A stretch of DNA of 64,000 nucleotides from an uncultured bacterium (GCA_963825135.1 CAWGRW010000009.1:2656001-2720000), one strand, 5' to 3'; positions 40,125 through 50,413 are shown, numbered from the stretch's first letter. Notes: generated from the letters alone by a model not told the origin. Made by a program: numbers and translations.

Positions 40125-40154
40125 ATTATATAACATATCGGGGATGTTAGTCAA
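40125..40154 (-). promoter_or_regulatory. Sigma70 promoter with an inverted repeat in the spacer
   Basis: TTGACT-N18-TATAAT; TAACAT-N7-ATGTTA at 40131..40149. Confidence 0.55.
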
Positions 40155-40245
40155 TCCGGTTTCCGGTATGTACTCAATCGGGAGCAATCCCGGCATCGGT
40201 CATTATTGACAGCCGTCGAGCGGATCAGTCTATTCGTAGGAGGGC

Positions 40246-41289
40246 TTACTCCGCCTTCCACCAGATATTGGGGAACATTTCCCTGAGCCCCCTGTCGCCT
40301 TCTCCCGGCGGCTCGAGCCCGAGCGCCCTCATGTCGGCGTCCACCATTATCCTGACGAGGTCCCTGAATTTAACCCGCGGTTCCCAGCCCAGCTCTTTTC
40401 TAGCTTTTGACGAATCCGCCCTCAGTCCCCTGGAGTCGGTGGGGCGGAAATACCTCGGGTCTATCTTCACATGCTCGCCCCAATCGAGCCCCGCGTAGGA
40501 GAAAGCCTCCTCCACGAACTCCCCGACCGTGTGCGACTCCCCCGTGCCTATGACGTAGTCGCAGGGCGCGTCGTTGTCGAGAATCTTCCAGATCATTTCC
40601 ATATACTCGGGCGCGTAGCCCCAGTCTCTTTCGGGCTTCAGGTCCCCGACGATGAGGAATTTGTCTTCGCACGCTACTATACGCGCAACCGCGCTCGTAA
40701 TCTTTCTCGATACGAATATCTCTCCCTTCCTCGGCGATTCGTGGTTAAACAGTATGCCGCTTGAGGCGAACAGACCGTGCGCCTCTCTGTAGTTTACCGC
40801 CGAGAGGTGAGACATGAGCTTCGCGCACGCATAGGGGCTGTGAGGACGGAAGGGGGAAGACTCGTTCTGGGGAGGGGGCGTCGAGCCGAATATCTCGCTC
40901 GACGAGGACTGACAGAACCTGCAGCCGACGCCGCTCTGCTTTATGGCCTCCAGGATAGTCAACGAGTTCAACCCCGTGATGTCTCCGCTGAACTCGTGCA
41001 TGTCGTATCTGACGTTGACGCGGCCCTGTGACCCGAAGTGATAGACCTCGTCCGGATTTATCCCGTAGATGAGCTTTGTGAGCTCCCCCGAGTCGTATGT
41101 ATCGCAGGCATGGTAATGGAGCGGGGCGCTTTCGCTCCCGCCGCCGAGCTCGCTGCGGTCTATATATTCGTCGCTGGATTTATTAGGCCCGCTGACTATC
41201 CCATGCACCTCGTACCCTATCGAGAGCAGGAACTCCGTCATGTAAGACCCGTCCTGACCGGTAATGCCGCTTATTATCGCTCTCTTCAT
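40246..41289 (-). CDS. gmd: GDP-mannose 4,6-dehydratase
   Basis: GITGQDGSY, SSSEIFG, SPYACAK, LFNHESPR and RDWGYA. Confidence 0.93.
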   Translation of the reverse strand: MKRAIISGITGQDGSYMTEFLLSIGYEVHGIVSGPNKSSDEYIDRSELGGGSESAPLHYHACDTYDSGELTKLIYGINPDEVYHFGSQGRVNVRYDMHEFSGDITGLNSLTILEAIKQSGVGCRFCQSSSSEIFGSTPPPQNESSPFRPHSPYACAKLMSHLSAVNYREAHGLFASSGILFNHESPRKGEIFVSRKITSAVARIVACEDKFLIVGDLKPERDWGYAPEYMEMIWKILDNDAPCDYVIGTGESHTVGEFVEEAFSYAGLDWGEHVKIDPRYFRPTDSRGLRADSSKARKELGWEPRVKFRDLVRIMVDADMRALGLEPPGEGDRGLREMFPNIWWKAE

Positions 41290-41538
41290 TTTAATCCGCG
41301 TTCACTCAGATTAAGGGATAATCCTGCCGCCGCTCCCGGACCTTCCCGTCCGCCGCGTTTGCCGCGGACCGATATCCACATTCGTATGTGCGGCCGGAAA
41401 TTAAATGATCGAATGATCCCTCTGTGTTTAATTTTATACCCTTATTCACCGCGGGGTACACGTCGGGGAAGAAGATGGAAAAATTGTGTGAAATGGAATA
41501 CCGGACGGGGAGGAAACACATCTCTGAAGTAGCTGCTA

Positions 41539-41568
41539 TCACGCCCGGCCGGAGAAGGCCGGGCGTGA
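41539..41568 (-). terminator. GC-rich hairpin downstream of the SxtK-like gene
   Basis: TCACGCCCGGCC-GGAGAA-GGCCGGGCGTGA, a perfect 12-bp stem with a weak U-tract. Confidence 0.55.
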
Positions 41569-41575
41569 ATAATAT

Positions 41576-41755
41576 CTAAAATAGTGTATATATGAAAGGA
41601 GCCACGGCGGAGCTCTGGGCAAATATGATAAGTAACGCGAAGAGTATCAATATAACAATCATCGGCGTTATCCACCACCATTTATTCTGTATAAAGAACT
41701 GCAGCAGCTCTCCCACTATTCCCATTCTCTCGGTAATGCCCTTTAGGAATGACAT
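41576..41755 (-). CDS. Small membrane protein, SxtK/DUF5989-like (59 aa; not in the ORF track)
   Basis: Manual translation MSFLKGITERMGIVGELLQFFIQNKWWWITPMIVILILFALLIIFAQSSAVAPFIYTLF, with GGAGG RBS and the family C-terminus APFIYTLF. Confidence 0.9.
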   Translation of the reverse strand: MSFLKGITERMGIVGELLQFFIQNKWWWITPMIVILILFALLIIFAQSSAVAPFIYTLF

Positions 41756-41824
41756 TTGAATATTCCCTCCGATAAGTGAATAAAGTATAACAGTATTTTA
41801 TAGGATTCTGTCGGCCCGCGCCAA

Positions 41825-43612
41825 TCAGGGCAGCTTGTCTTTATCTACAATATAGTTCCCGAGCACGAGCAAATCCATCCCGCTCTTGTTAAACGAGTTA
41901 AACGCCTCTGCGGGCGTATTCACTATGGGCTCGCCTTTAAGGTTAAAAGAGGTGTTGAGCACGACAGGCACGCCCGTCGCGTCGCCGAACGCCTCGATCA
42001 GGCTGTAGTACTTCGGGTTTAACTCCTTGTTTACGGTCTGGAGCCTTCCGGTCCCGTCGACGTGGGTGATCGCCGGAAGGACGTCCCTCTTGTTTTCGCG
42101 CACGTCCGTGACGTACAGCATGAAGCGCGCCGGGTAGTGTTTCGCCGGATCGTCGAGCGCGAAATAGTCCCCCGCTTTCTCCACGAGCACCGAAGGGGCG
42201 AACGGCCTGAAAGGCTCCCTGAATTTTATCTTGACGTTCACGATGTCCTTCATGTCGGCCCTCCCGGGATCGGCTATGATGCTCCTGTTCCCGAGCGCGC
42301 GCGGACCCCATTCGAACCTGCCCTGGTGCCAGCCTATGACCTTTCCCCGCGCGAGGTTATCGACGACCCTCTCGATGAGCTTCCGGTCGTCCTCGATTCT
42401 TTCGTACGGTATGTTGTTTTCCTTGAGGAATTCCTCGGTATCGGAAGCGCTGTGCTCTTCTCCCCAGTACGCGTGCTCCATGACGAACTTCCTCGGCTGA
42501 CCGAGCAGAGCGTGATAACCGTAGAGGGCCGCGCCCAGGGCTCCGCCGCCGTCCCCCGCGGCCGGCTGTATATATATATCGTCAAACGGGGTCTCGGAGA
42601 GTATCTTCCTGTTCGCCACGCTGTTGAGTGCGACGCCCCCGGCCATGCAGAGCTTGCTCAGGCCCGTCTCCCTGTGAGCGTACCCCGCCATCTTGACCAT
42701 TATCTGCTCCGTCACCGCCTGAATGCTCGCGGCGATGTCGGCGTAGTACTGGTTCTGTATCCCGAGCTCGTCGTAATTGGAAGGCTTTTCCCCGAAATAG
42801 GACGGGTATCCGGTCGAGGGGGTGAAGAAGTGCGCCTTCTGGTCCCTCGGGTTGCCGAACAGTTTTTCGAACTTCTTGTTGAAGGTCTTTTCAGACGAAT
42901 AATGAAAACTAAAATAATCCATATCGAGCTCGAACCCGCCGTCGTCGTCCACGTGGACGAGCTCGTAGATCTTGTCCACGTATTTAGGCTGGCCGAAGGG
43001 CGCCATCCCCATCACTTTGTATTCACCCTCGTTCACCTCGAAGCCGAGGAACGCCGTAAACGCGCTGTAGAGAAGCCCGAGGGAGTGCGGGAACCTTATC
43101 TCCTTAATCAGCTTTATATCGGTCCCTTTGCCCACGCCTATGGCGGCCGTCGTCCATTCGCCCACGCCGTCGACGGTCAGAATAGCGGCTTCCTCGAACG
43201 GAGAGCAGTAGAAACTGCTCGCCGCGTGCGAGAGGTGGTGCTCGCTGAACAGCACCTTCGAGGCGGGCACGCCGAGCTTCTTAAGGAGCAGGTGCTTTAC
43301 CCAGAGCTTGTCTCCGAGCCAGGTGACCATCGCTTCCCTGAAGAGCTTCATCGAGCGCGGGAACGAATACATCGAGCAGAGCAGCAGCCTCTCAAACTTG
43401 ATAAAGGGCTTTTCAAAAAACATCACGTAGTCGACGTCGCCCACCTCTAATCCCCCCGTCTCGAGACAGAACTCAATCGCGTTCTCGGGGAACTCGTAGT
43501 CGTGCTTAATGCGGCTGAACCTCTCTTCCTCAGCCGCGGCGACGAGCACTCCGTCTTTTAGAAGCGCAGCTGCGGCGTCGTGAAAATAACATGATATTCC
43601 AAGGATATTCAT
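41825..43612 (-). CDS. O-carbamoyltransferase, NodU/CmcH family
   Basis: HDAAA, EEERFSR.KH, EHHLSHAAS, GEYKVMG, GPRALGNRS, FRPFAPS and LNTSFN..GEPIV. Confidence 0.96.
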   Translation of the reverse strand: MNILGISCYFHDAAAALLKDGVLVAAAEEERFSRIKHDYEFPENAIEFCLETGGLEVGDVDYVMFFEKPFIKFERLLLCSMYSFPRSMKLFREAMVTWLGDKLWVKHLLLKKLGVPASKVLFSEHHLSHAASSFYCSPFEEAAILTVDGVGEWTTAAIGVGKGTDIKLIKEIRFPHSLGLLYSAFTAFLGFEVNEGEYKVMGMAPFGQPKYVDKIYELVHVDDDGGFELDMDYFSFHYSSEKTFNKKFEKLFGNPRDQKAHFFTPSTGYPSYFGEKPSNYDELGIQNQYYADIAASIQAVTEQIMVKMAGYAHRETGLSKLCMAGGVALNSVANRKILSETPFDDIYIQPAAGDGGGALGAALYGYHALLGQPRKFVMEHAYWGEEHSASDTEEFLKENNIPYERIEDDRKLIERVVDNLARGKVIGWHQGRFEWGPRALGNRSIIADPGRADMKDIVNVKIKFREPFRPFAPSVLVEKAGDYFALDDPAKHYPARFMLYVTDVRENKRDVLPAITHVDGTGRLQTVNKELNPKYYSLIEAFGDATGVPVVLNTSFNLKGEPIVNTPAEAFNSFNKSGMDLLVLGNYIVDKDKLP

Positions 43613-43662
43613 ATAGTCACCGTCTCGGGTTAAGTCCCGTCAAACCGTCTAGCCGGTCAGAG

Positions 43663-43938
43663 TTAAAACTGCCTCGCCGCCCTTTCCATGGGAGTAGTGC
43701 CAGGTTTTTCTTCCTTTATCTGCCAGCCTTTTTTCGCGTCCTTCTTTATCTCCAGGGGGTCCGTAAATAATCTGACCATGACAGCGAACGGCATGAGAAG
43801 GACGAAATAAAAGACGGTGAGGATTACCCTGGCGTTGAAATCCCCTATCTTTCTCGCGATCTTCTTCCATCCGTTCCAGATCCTCCTCAAGAGGTGCTGC
43901 CGCTCTGAACCCTTCTTCCTGTCGCTGTATTTACCCAT
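43663..43938 (-). CDS. SxtJ-like small membrane protein
   Basis: 'W...ARKIG.FNARVILTVFYF....PF.......DPL' ending in ..RQF; directly upstream of the carbamoyltransferase. Confidence 0.8.
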   Translation of the reverse strand: MGKYSDRKKGSERQHLLRRIWNGWKKIARKIGDFNARVILTVFYFVLLMPFAVMVRLFTDPLEIKKDAKKGWQIKEEKPGTTPMERAARQF

Positions 43939-44229
43939 CGCTATCCGATCACTCCCGGTGAAATTGATATAACTTACAGCCGTTTTTGCGATTAATAAAC
44001 CGGTTTGAAGTTTTAAGCAGCTAGTAAGCTACCTGAGAATCCTTTTCTTGGGAAGCTCCTGCGTCGCCGGGACCCGGCCGCTCCGCCCGGTAACGCTAAT
44101 CCGAAGCCGTACGCGGGATACCGAATAACCGGCTCGGCCGTCAGACGAGGACAGGTCCGCATGTTACATATTATGATATGATACAAGACGGTTAAGCCCG
44201 GCTCCGGGAATACGAATTCCCGGCGGGGA

Positions 44230-46479
44230 TCATCCGCCAACCGTGTTGGTGGATTCGATCTTGTAAGTGAGCTCCTGAATCTTCCACGCCCCTTCTGACC
44301 AGAAGAGCCTCCAGTTTATGCTTCCGCGCGAATTCTTGAGAGCCCCCGTCCGCTGGTCCTTGAACGTTACGTAGAAATATCCCCTCACGAGACCGAGGGT
44401 ATTCTGAAGGGATACCCTGCTCACTTTAACCTCGTAGTTGATGATGTCGAGCCTGGAGAAATTAGAGCTGTAAGTGTCAAGCACCCTCGATATGCCCACC
44501 CCGTTCTCAACCGCGCTGGGAGAGAACAGGGCTCTTACGCGGTCTATGTCCTTGCTCTTGTAAGCGGACACATACTCGGAGACGAAAAGATTTAGCGACG
44601 CGTTGTCGGGTGCGGGGGAGGACGGGACGGGTTCCGGGGCGTTAAGCGCCGTGTCCCTGATCGCGACGGCGGACTCGGCGAGCTTCGGGTTGAAATCCGC
44701 GGTAATATCCGTTTTCACCGGGGGCTTGACGGGCGTTACGGTCTTTCCCGCCGCGGTATTTTTAATTAACGGCTCGGGCAATTTATCAGCCTTTGCAATT
44801 TTCACGGGCGCGGGCTCCGCCTTTTTTACCTCCGCTGCTTTATCGGCAGCTTCCTCATGGGGGCGGGCAATACCGTCGCCCGCAATTAACAGCTTTTCCC
44901 CTACACCGATCTTATTGTTTTCGAGATCGTTCAATCGTGAAAGCTCTCCGGTCGTGGTGCCGAACTTATGCGCTATGGTCCAGAGCGATTCGCCTTTCTT
45001 CACGGTGTGGTACGTCCCCGGAGCGGGAGTCTCCGCCTTTTCGGGCAATTTTATTTCCGTCACTCCCTCGGCGGCTTTCCCGGCATCTTCCGATTTCTTT
45101 GCAAGCTCGGTTTCAGGCGCGGATTTATCTTCGCTCCGTGCAGAGACGGCGTCGTTTCCGGATAAAGCCTCCGGGGCGCTGACCTTGGGCTCCGGTAACG
45201 TTGAGGACGCTTCAGGGGTTACGCCGGCTAGAGATTTCTTTTCTTCAGCCTTCTTCGCTGATAAAGCCCCCTCGGCGGCCTCTTCGGTCTTTGCCTGCAG
45301 CGGGGATTTCGCAGGCGACGTTTCCGGGGCCGCGATATCGACAGGTTTCTCCTCTTTTTCCGCTACCCCGGCCTCGGGTTCCGCGAGCTCTCCGACTTCG
45401 ACAGCTTTTTCCTCCGCTTTTTCGATCCCGGCCGCGGCTTCCTCGGCAGGAGCTTTCTCTATCGCTTCTTCAGGGCTGATTTCCGTGATTTCAAGCCTTT
45501 TTTCCAGGGCGGGTTCGGTCTCCAAAACAGCTTCCGTGCCGGTTACAGGGACGCTCGCCGTTTCGTCTCTCTTTGCCGCCGCGTCCCCTTTAGCCGGGGG
45601 CTCGGCTTCCGCCAATTCGGTTTTCGTATCCGCCGGTGCGCTATTGACGACCGGGGGGTTTTTAGCGGCGGTTTCCACCTGGACCGCGGTTTCGCCCCTG
45701 TCCGCCTCCTCGGGTTCCCGGCCCTCGTCGGCGATTATACTCTCGGCCGTATGGGCGGGCGCGAGCGGCTTTATCCCGGATACGCGTTTATCGACCTTCT
45801 CGGAATCGAGGAGATCGCCCTTGTAGACCGTGTTAGGCATGTCAGGCGCCTCTAACTCCCTGGCGAACCTTTCTTTGTCCTCCTTGGACTTGAAAATGAG
45901 CCCCGACCCCGAGGCGTACATTACGACGAAAAACACGACGACCATGAGGGACGCCGCGTAGTAGTATTTCTTCATTTCGCGCTGCGGGACTATGACGGGC
46001 ATGGCCGGGAGGCTCTTGTTGTCGTAGGCCTCCCTCTTCGCGCTGTTGCTCAGGACCTCGTAGGCTTCGTTTATCTTTTTGGACGTATCCAGCCCCTCGG
46101 CGCCCGCCTTGTCCGGGTGGTGGGACTTCATGAGCTCGATCCAGCTCCTCCTCATATCTTCTTCGGAGGCATTCCGGGGGACGTTGAGCGTCTTGTAGTA
46201 ATCGAGCGAATCCGATTGATAATACTCATAATAAGGGATGAAATAGCCGAGGACGGTCTTCGACTGCTCTATTATGAAGTCCTCGCTCAGCTTTCGTCTG
46301 TCGGCCAGGTTTTTGAGCAGATTGAAATTCGGGGAACGCTGACCCGAGGATATGTCCTTCAGGATATGGTAGTAATAAACCCTGTCCATGGAGAATCTGT
46401 CGGCGACCTCCCTGATATCCTTGGCGTCGATCAGCTCCGATACGATCCTCTCGTATTTTCTCTTATCAAGAATTATCAT
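44230..46479 (-). CDS. J-domain + TM + low-complexity linker + LysM + NTF2/SnoaL-like domain protein
   Basis: DYYKTL...HHPDK...INEAYEVLS; a single TM; E/A/K/P-rich linker; 'HTVKKGESLWTIAHKFGTT.GEL.RLN'; C-terminal 'YVSAY...DID....LF...W......WKI'. Confidence 0.85.
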   Translation of the reverse strand: MIILDKRKYERIVSELIDAKDIREVADRFSMDRVYYYHILKDISSGQRSPNFNLLKNLADRRKLSEDFIIEQSKTVLGYFIPYYEYYQSDSLDYYKTLNVPRNASEEDMRRSWIELMKSHHPDKAGAEGLDTSKKINEAYEVLSNSAKREAYDNKSLPAMPVIVPQREMKKYYYAASLMVVVFFVVMYASGSGLIFKSKEDKERFARELEAPDMPNTVYKGDLLDSEKVDKRVSGIKPLAPAHTAESIIADEGREPEEADRGETAVQVETAAKNPPVVNSAPADTKTELAEAEPPAKGDAAAKRDETASVPVTGTEAVLETEPALEKRLEITEISPEEAIEKAPAEEAAAGIEKAEEKAVEVGELAEPEAGVAEKEEKPVDIAAPETSPAKSPLQAKTEEAAEGALSAKKAEEKKSLAGVTPEASSTLPEPKVSAPEALSGNDAVSARSEDKSAPETELAKKSEDAGKAAEGVTEIKLPEKAETPAPGTYHTVKKGESLWTIAHKFGTTTGELSRLNDLENNKIGVGEKLLIAGDGIARPHEEAADKAAEVKKAEPAPVKIAKADKLPEPLIKNTAAGKTVTPVKPPVKTDITADFNPKLAESAVAIRDTALNAPEPVPSSPAPDNASLNLFVSEYVSAYKSKDIDRVRALFSPSAVENGVGISRVLDTYSSNFSRLDIINYEVKVSRVSLQNTLGLVRGYFYVTFKDQRTGALKNSRGSINWRLFWSEGAWKIQELTYKIESTNTVGG

Positions 46480-46950
46480 GTATCCCCTTGTCGTCCTATT
46501 CCGCAGATGACCCGCGAGCGTTAACGGGTACTGCTATTACTTTATCATATATAGAGAAAATTTCTTTCCCGGCGAGGCCGCATAACCTTCCCGGTCACGG
46601 AGCCGTATCCGCGTAAGGCGTCTTCGAAAGCGATTCCCGAGATGTATTGCAGGAACAACGATTGATAGATTCCGGCACCTCCGCGCAAGACTCCATCATC
46701 CTGAAGCGGACCGGGTACTTATATTCCGCTCGCCGAATAAGTATTAGCTAACTAATCGGATTGGGCAAGTTTTTTTTATAAATTCATCAAAATCGCGCGA
46801 TAGAGCATAAAAACACCCGTTTAACCGATGTAAACGGCCCGGTGCGCCGTCAAATCCTCCCAGGCGGCCCGAGAATCCGGGGGCGTGATATTTGACAAAA
46901 CGGTAATTACGGAAAAAATTAAGAGGCAAAAATATGCCGGAGGAAGGACA

Positions 46951-47391
46951 TTGGAACGCACACTATCGATAATAAAGCCCGACGGAGTCGAGAAAAACGT
47001 AATCGGGGAAGTCATAAGCAGGTTCGAGAAGAACGGGCTCAGGATTGCGGCTCTGAAAATGGTCAAGCTCACGAAGAAGGACGCGGAGGGCTTTTACATC
47101 GTGCACAAGGATAGGCCCTTTTACGGGAGCCTGACTGATTTTATGTCCCGGGGCCCCGTCGTGCTCATGGTGCTCGAAGGGCAGAACGCCGTCGCTAAAA
47201 ACAGGGAAATAATGGGCGCCACCAACCCCGCCCAGGCGGCGGAGGGGACGATAAGAAAGGACTTCGCGACGAGCATCGAGGAGAACACCGTCCACGGCTC
47301 CGACTCCCCCGAGTCGGCCGCGTTCGAGATCGGCTACTTCTTCAACGCGTTTGAGCTTTGCGGGGGGGATAAAGCGCTAAATTGTTGTTGA
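46951..47391 (+). CDS. ndk: Nucleoside diphosphate kinase
   Basis: [15 protein letters not shown] and [11 protein letters not shown] start at 46951. Confidence 0.96.
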   Translation: MERTLSIIKPDGVEKNVIGEVISRFEKNGLRIAALKMVKLTKKDAEGFYIVHKDRPFYGSLTDFMSRGPVVLMVLEGQNAVAKNREIMGATNPAQAAEGTIRKDFATSIEENTVHGSDSPESAAFEIGYFFNAFELCGGDKALNCC

Positions 47392-47406
47392 CTAGGGATT
47401 GAAAGA

Positions 47407-47481
47407 TGGATTCCCGATAAAGTCACTCGGGAATGACAGAAAGATGAGATTGCCGCGGTTCCTACGGAACCTCGCAATGAC
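47407..47481. repeat. Two REP-like palindromic elements between the convergent ndk and lipB
   Basis: GGATTCCCGAT...CGGGAATGAC and GAGATTGCCGCG...CTCGCAATGAC. The first recurs inverted at 55408..55437. Confidence 0.7.
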
Positions 47482-47495
47482 AAAGTATTGGATCT

Positions 47496-48171
47496 TTAGA
47501 GTATCTCCCTCATCTCCGCGTTGAAGACCTCGCCGAAGGAGCGTACGAAGGAGCGCGTGACGACTCCGAAGTCTATCTCCTCTCCGAGAATGTCCTTTAA
47601 CGACGTAATCATCACCCCCTCGAGGCCGCATGGGACGATCATCGAGAAAGTAGCTCAGGTCCGTGTTCACGTTAAACGCGGAGCCGTGCATCGTTATGCC
47701 GCCGCTCACGGAAACCCCTATCGACGCTATCTTCCCCCCGTAGGCCCACACGCCGGGATACCCGTCCATGGTCACGCCCTTTATGTCGTAATCCCCGAGC
47801 ACGCGGATTATCGTCTCCTCGAGCGCGCGGACGTACGCCTTCGCTCCGAGTCCGAATGAACGGAGATCGATTATCGGGTACGCGACGAGCTGCCCCGGGC
47901 CGTGGAAGGTAACGTCCCCTCCCCTCTCCGTCTTATATGTCTCGACGCCCCGCTTGCCGAGCTCGTCCTCGGAGAGGATTATATTCCCCCCGCGCCCGAA
48001 CCTGCCGTCCGTGATGACGGGCTCGTGTTCCAGCAGAAGGAGATACCCGCCCGCCCCCGGCCCTTCCCTGCGGAGCCTTTCCCGGCGCTCTTTCTGGAGC
48101 GAGAGTCCGTCCCGGTAGCGGACTGCGCCCAGGTACTGCCATCTTATCGTTCCTTTCGCGCCGGAGTCCAT
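47496..48171 (-). CDS. lipB: Lipoyl(octanoyl) transferase (frameshift near 47647)
   Basis: LLEH, RGGDVTFHGPGQLVAYP, KIASIG and HG.AFNV; the conserved IVPCG resumes in a shifted frame and ends at TAA 47496. Confidence 0.92.
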
Positions 48172-48304
48172 GACCCGGTAGAGTCTAAACTATCGCCCGC
48201 CGCTTTCCACTCCGCTTGCCTCCCGCCGGGTACTCGAATATACTGACCTCGAAACGGTCCCCGGTAAAACGGGCGTCGTTTTTGTCCCCGCAATCCCCAC
48301 GACC

Positions 48305-49309
48305 ATGAAACAAAAACCGGGAAAAAAATCAGGCGCCGAAGAATTCTCCGGCTATCTCGCCTCGGGCGCACCCGCCCCGGTGCTCGTATTCACCGGAGAC
48401 CAGCCCTATCTCATGGACAATGCCGTCGCCGGTCTCAGGCAGACCGTCCTCGGCCCGTCGGGAGACGTCAACTACATAGTATTTTACGGGGAAAGCGCTT
48501 CGGGCAGGGAGATTGCCGACAACGCGAGCACCTACCCGATGTTCTCCAAAAAAAAGCTCATCGTTGTGAAAAACGCGGAGAAGCTCCCGGCGAAGGAGCT
48601 TTCGGCGCTCGAGCCCTACTTCGCGTCCCCGTCCCCGGCCTCCTGCCTCGTGCTCATGTTCTCAGACGGCAAGAAGCCGAAGCTCGGCGGCGGGAAGAAC
48701 GTGACGGCGTTTGACTTCTCTCTGGAGAAGGGGAACACGGCGTCCGCCGTCAGGGAGGAGGCCGGGAAGCTCGGATACGAGATAACGAGGGCGGGCGCTG
48801 AGGCGCTCATAGGCCTCGTCGGGGACGACCTTCAGGAGATACACAACGAGCTCGTTAAGATTTCCATATACAAGGGCGACAAAAAGACCATAGGCCCCGA
48901 GGACGTGGAGGCGCTCACGAAGAAGACGAAATTCGCCGACATATATCAGCTCATCAACGCCATATCGCGGAGGGACAAGCGGACCGCGCACAGGGTGCTC
49001 GGCGAGCTAGAGGCTGCCGGCGAGGAGCCGCTTTCCATACTCGGGCTCATAAGCTGGAGGTTCAGGCTCATATGGAGGGCGAAGGAGCTTCAGGACAGGA
49101 GGCTCGGCCAGGCCGAGATGTTAAAGGAGCTCAAGATCTCTCCCGGGCAGTTCTATTACCTGGGCGAGGACCTGAAAAAGTTCAGCTACGCGGACATAGC
49201 GCGCATAATGGAGGCGCTTGCCGAGTGCGACAAGAAGCTCAAGCTGAGTTATGTGCCCAGGAGCTTCATGCTGACGAAGCTCGTCATCGAGCTGTGCGCC
49301 AGGGGCTGA
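48305..49309 (+). CDS. holA: DNA polymerase III subunit delta
   Basis: 'PMFSKKKLIVVKNAE' and 'NELVKI'; typical length; adjacent to rpsT. Confidence 0.88.
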   Translation: MKQKPGKKSGAEEFSGYLASGAPAPVLVFTGDQPYLMDNAVAGLRQTVLGPSGDVNYIVFYGESASGREIADNASTYPMFSKKKLIVVKNAEKLPAKELSALEPYFASPSPASCLVLMFSDGKKPKLGGGKNVTAFDFSLEKGNTASAVREEAGKLGYEITRAGAEALIGLVGDDLQEIHNELVKISIYKGDKKTIGPEDVEALTKKTKFADIYQLINAISRRDKRTAHRVLGELEAAGEEPLSILGLISWRFRLIWRAKELQDRRLGQAEMLKELKISPGQFYYLGEDLKKFSYADIARIMEALAECDKKLKLSYVPRSFMLTKLVIELCARG

Positions 49310-49316
49310 GGGGGTG

Positions 49317-49607
49317 CTAGGAAGCGGGGGCCGATGCCGATTTTGAGAGCTGATGCACCCTCTTGGCGAGCCTTCCGGTCTTGCGCGAGGCCGTTTTCTT
49401 GTGCATTACGCCCTTGGACGCCGCCTTCTTGAGCCTCGATTCCGTTTCCCTGAGGATACCTTCCGCGGCCTTTTGATCCCCGTTGTCTATGAATGCGGTG
49501 ATCTTCTTTACCTGAGTCTTCAAGTCCGATTTTACTATGGTATTCCTGTCCCTTCTCTTGATGCTCTGACGGTGCTGCTTTATTCCGGATTTAATTCTTT
49601 TAGCCAT
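49317..49607 (-). CDS. rpsT: 30S ribosomal protein S20
   Basis: IKSGIK..RQS..RR.RN and KGVMHKKTASRK. Confidence 0.95.
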   Translation of the reverse strand: MAKRIKSGIKQHRQSIKRRDRNTIVKSDLKTQVKKITAFIDNGDQKAAEGILRETESRLKKAASKGVMHKKTASRKTGRLAKRVHQLSKSASAPAS

Positions 49608-49765
49608 TAATATGTATCCCTCCCGCGGATAATCCCGTTAATTTTGCCGGGAATCGGGGATTTGTCAAATGATTCCGGGCGGAATCGGGCATATACACAC
49701 TCGATTATTTTATTGCCCGGGCGAATTATGGTATATTCCACCTCAATTTACGGAAGGAGGCCCGG

Positions 49766-50413
49766 ATGAAATTCTTTCTCGATACCGCGAATCTAGACGA
49801 GATCAGGGACGCCGCAAGCTATGGCGTGCTCGACGGCGTGACGACGAACCCTTCCCTCGTGTCCAAGGAAGGCGAGCAAAAAGGGTTCAGGGACTTAGTC
49901 AGGGAGATATGCGAGATCGTCAAGGGGCCCGTGAGCGCCGAAGTTTTATCGACCGACATAGAGCGCATGCTGGACGAGGCCCGTGAGCTGGCAGGGATAC
50001 ACGAGCACGTCGTGGTGAAGATGCCGATGACCGAGGACGGCATAAAGGCGACGAAGATAGTCTCGGACGAAGGCATAAACGTGAACGTTACGCTAATATT
50101 CTCACCGTCTCAGGCGTTAGTCGCCGCCAAGGCCGGGGCCGCCTACGTGAGCCCGTTCGTAGGCCGCCTCGACGACATATCCGAGTTCGGGATGGAGATG
50201 GTCGGGGACATAGTGCAGATATTCGGCAACTACAATATAAAGACGGAAGTGCTCGTCGCGAGCGTGAGGCACCCCTTACACGTAGTCGAGGCGGCTAAAA
50301 TGGGTGCTGACGTCGCGACCATGCCGTACAAGGTGTTCAAGCAGCTCATCAGGCACCCGCTCACGGATATAGGATTGGAAAAGTTTTTAGCAGACTGGGG
50401 AAAGGGTAAATAG
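49766..50413 (+). CDS. fsa: Transaldolase / fructose-6-phosphate aldolase (TalC/MipB family)
   Basis: [26 protein letters not shown] and HPLTD.G. Confidence 0.95.
   Translation: MKFFLDTANLDEIRDAASYGVLDGVTTNPSLVSKEGEQKGFRDLVREICEIVKGPVSAEVLSTDIERMLDEARELAGIHEHVVVKMPMTEDGIKATKIVSDEGINVNVTLIFSPSQALVAAKAGAAYVSPFVGRLDDISEFGMEMVGDIVQIFGNYNIKTEVLVASVRHPLHVVEAAKMGADVATMPYKVFKQLIRHPLTDIGLEKFLADWGKGK

Noticed and set aside
41576..43938. Saxitoxin biosynthesis
   Set aside because: Only sxtI/J/K-like genes are present; no sxtA, sxtG or other core genes, and the context is glycan synthesis.
44154..44181. dif-like 28-mer GGTCCGCATGT-TACATA-TTATGATATGA (19/28 identical to E. coli dif)
   Set aside because: The conserved inner ATAA and the end of the XerD arm are mismatched, and gene orientation does not switch here. 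More likely promoter sequence for the downstream cassette.
42062..45826. Long plus-strand ORFs (42062..43450 and 44603..45826) and similar ones such as 15782..17014 and 53569..54615
   Set aside because: Antisense shadows of well-supported genes in GC-rich DNA, with no recognisable motifs.
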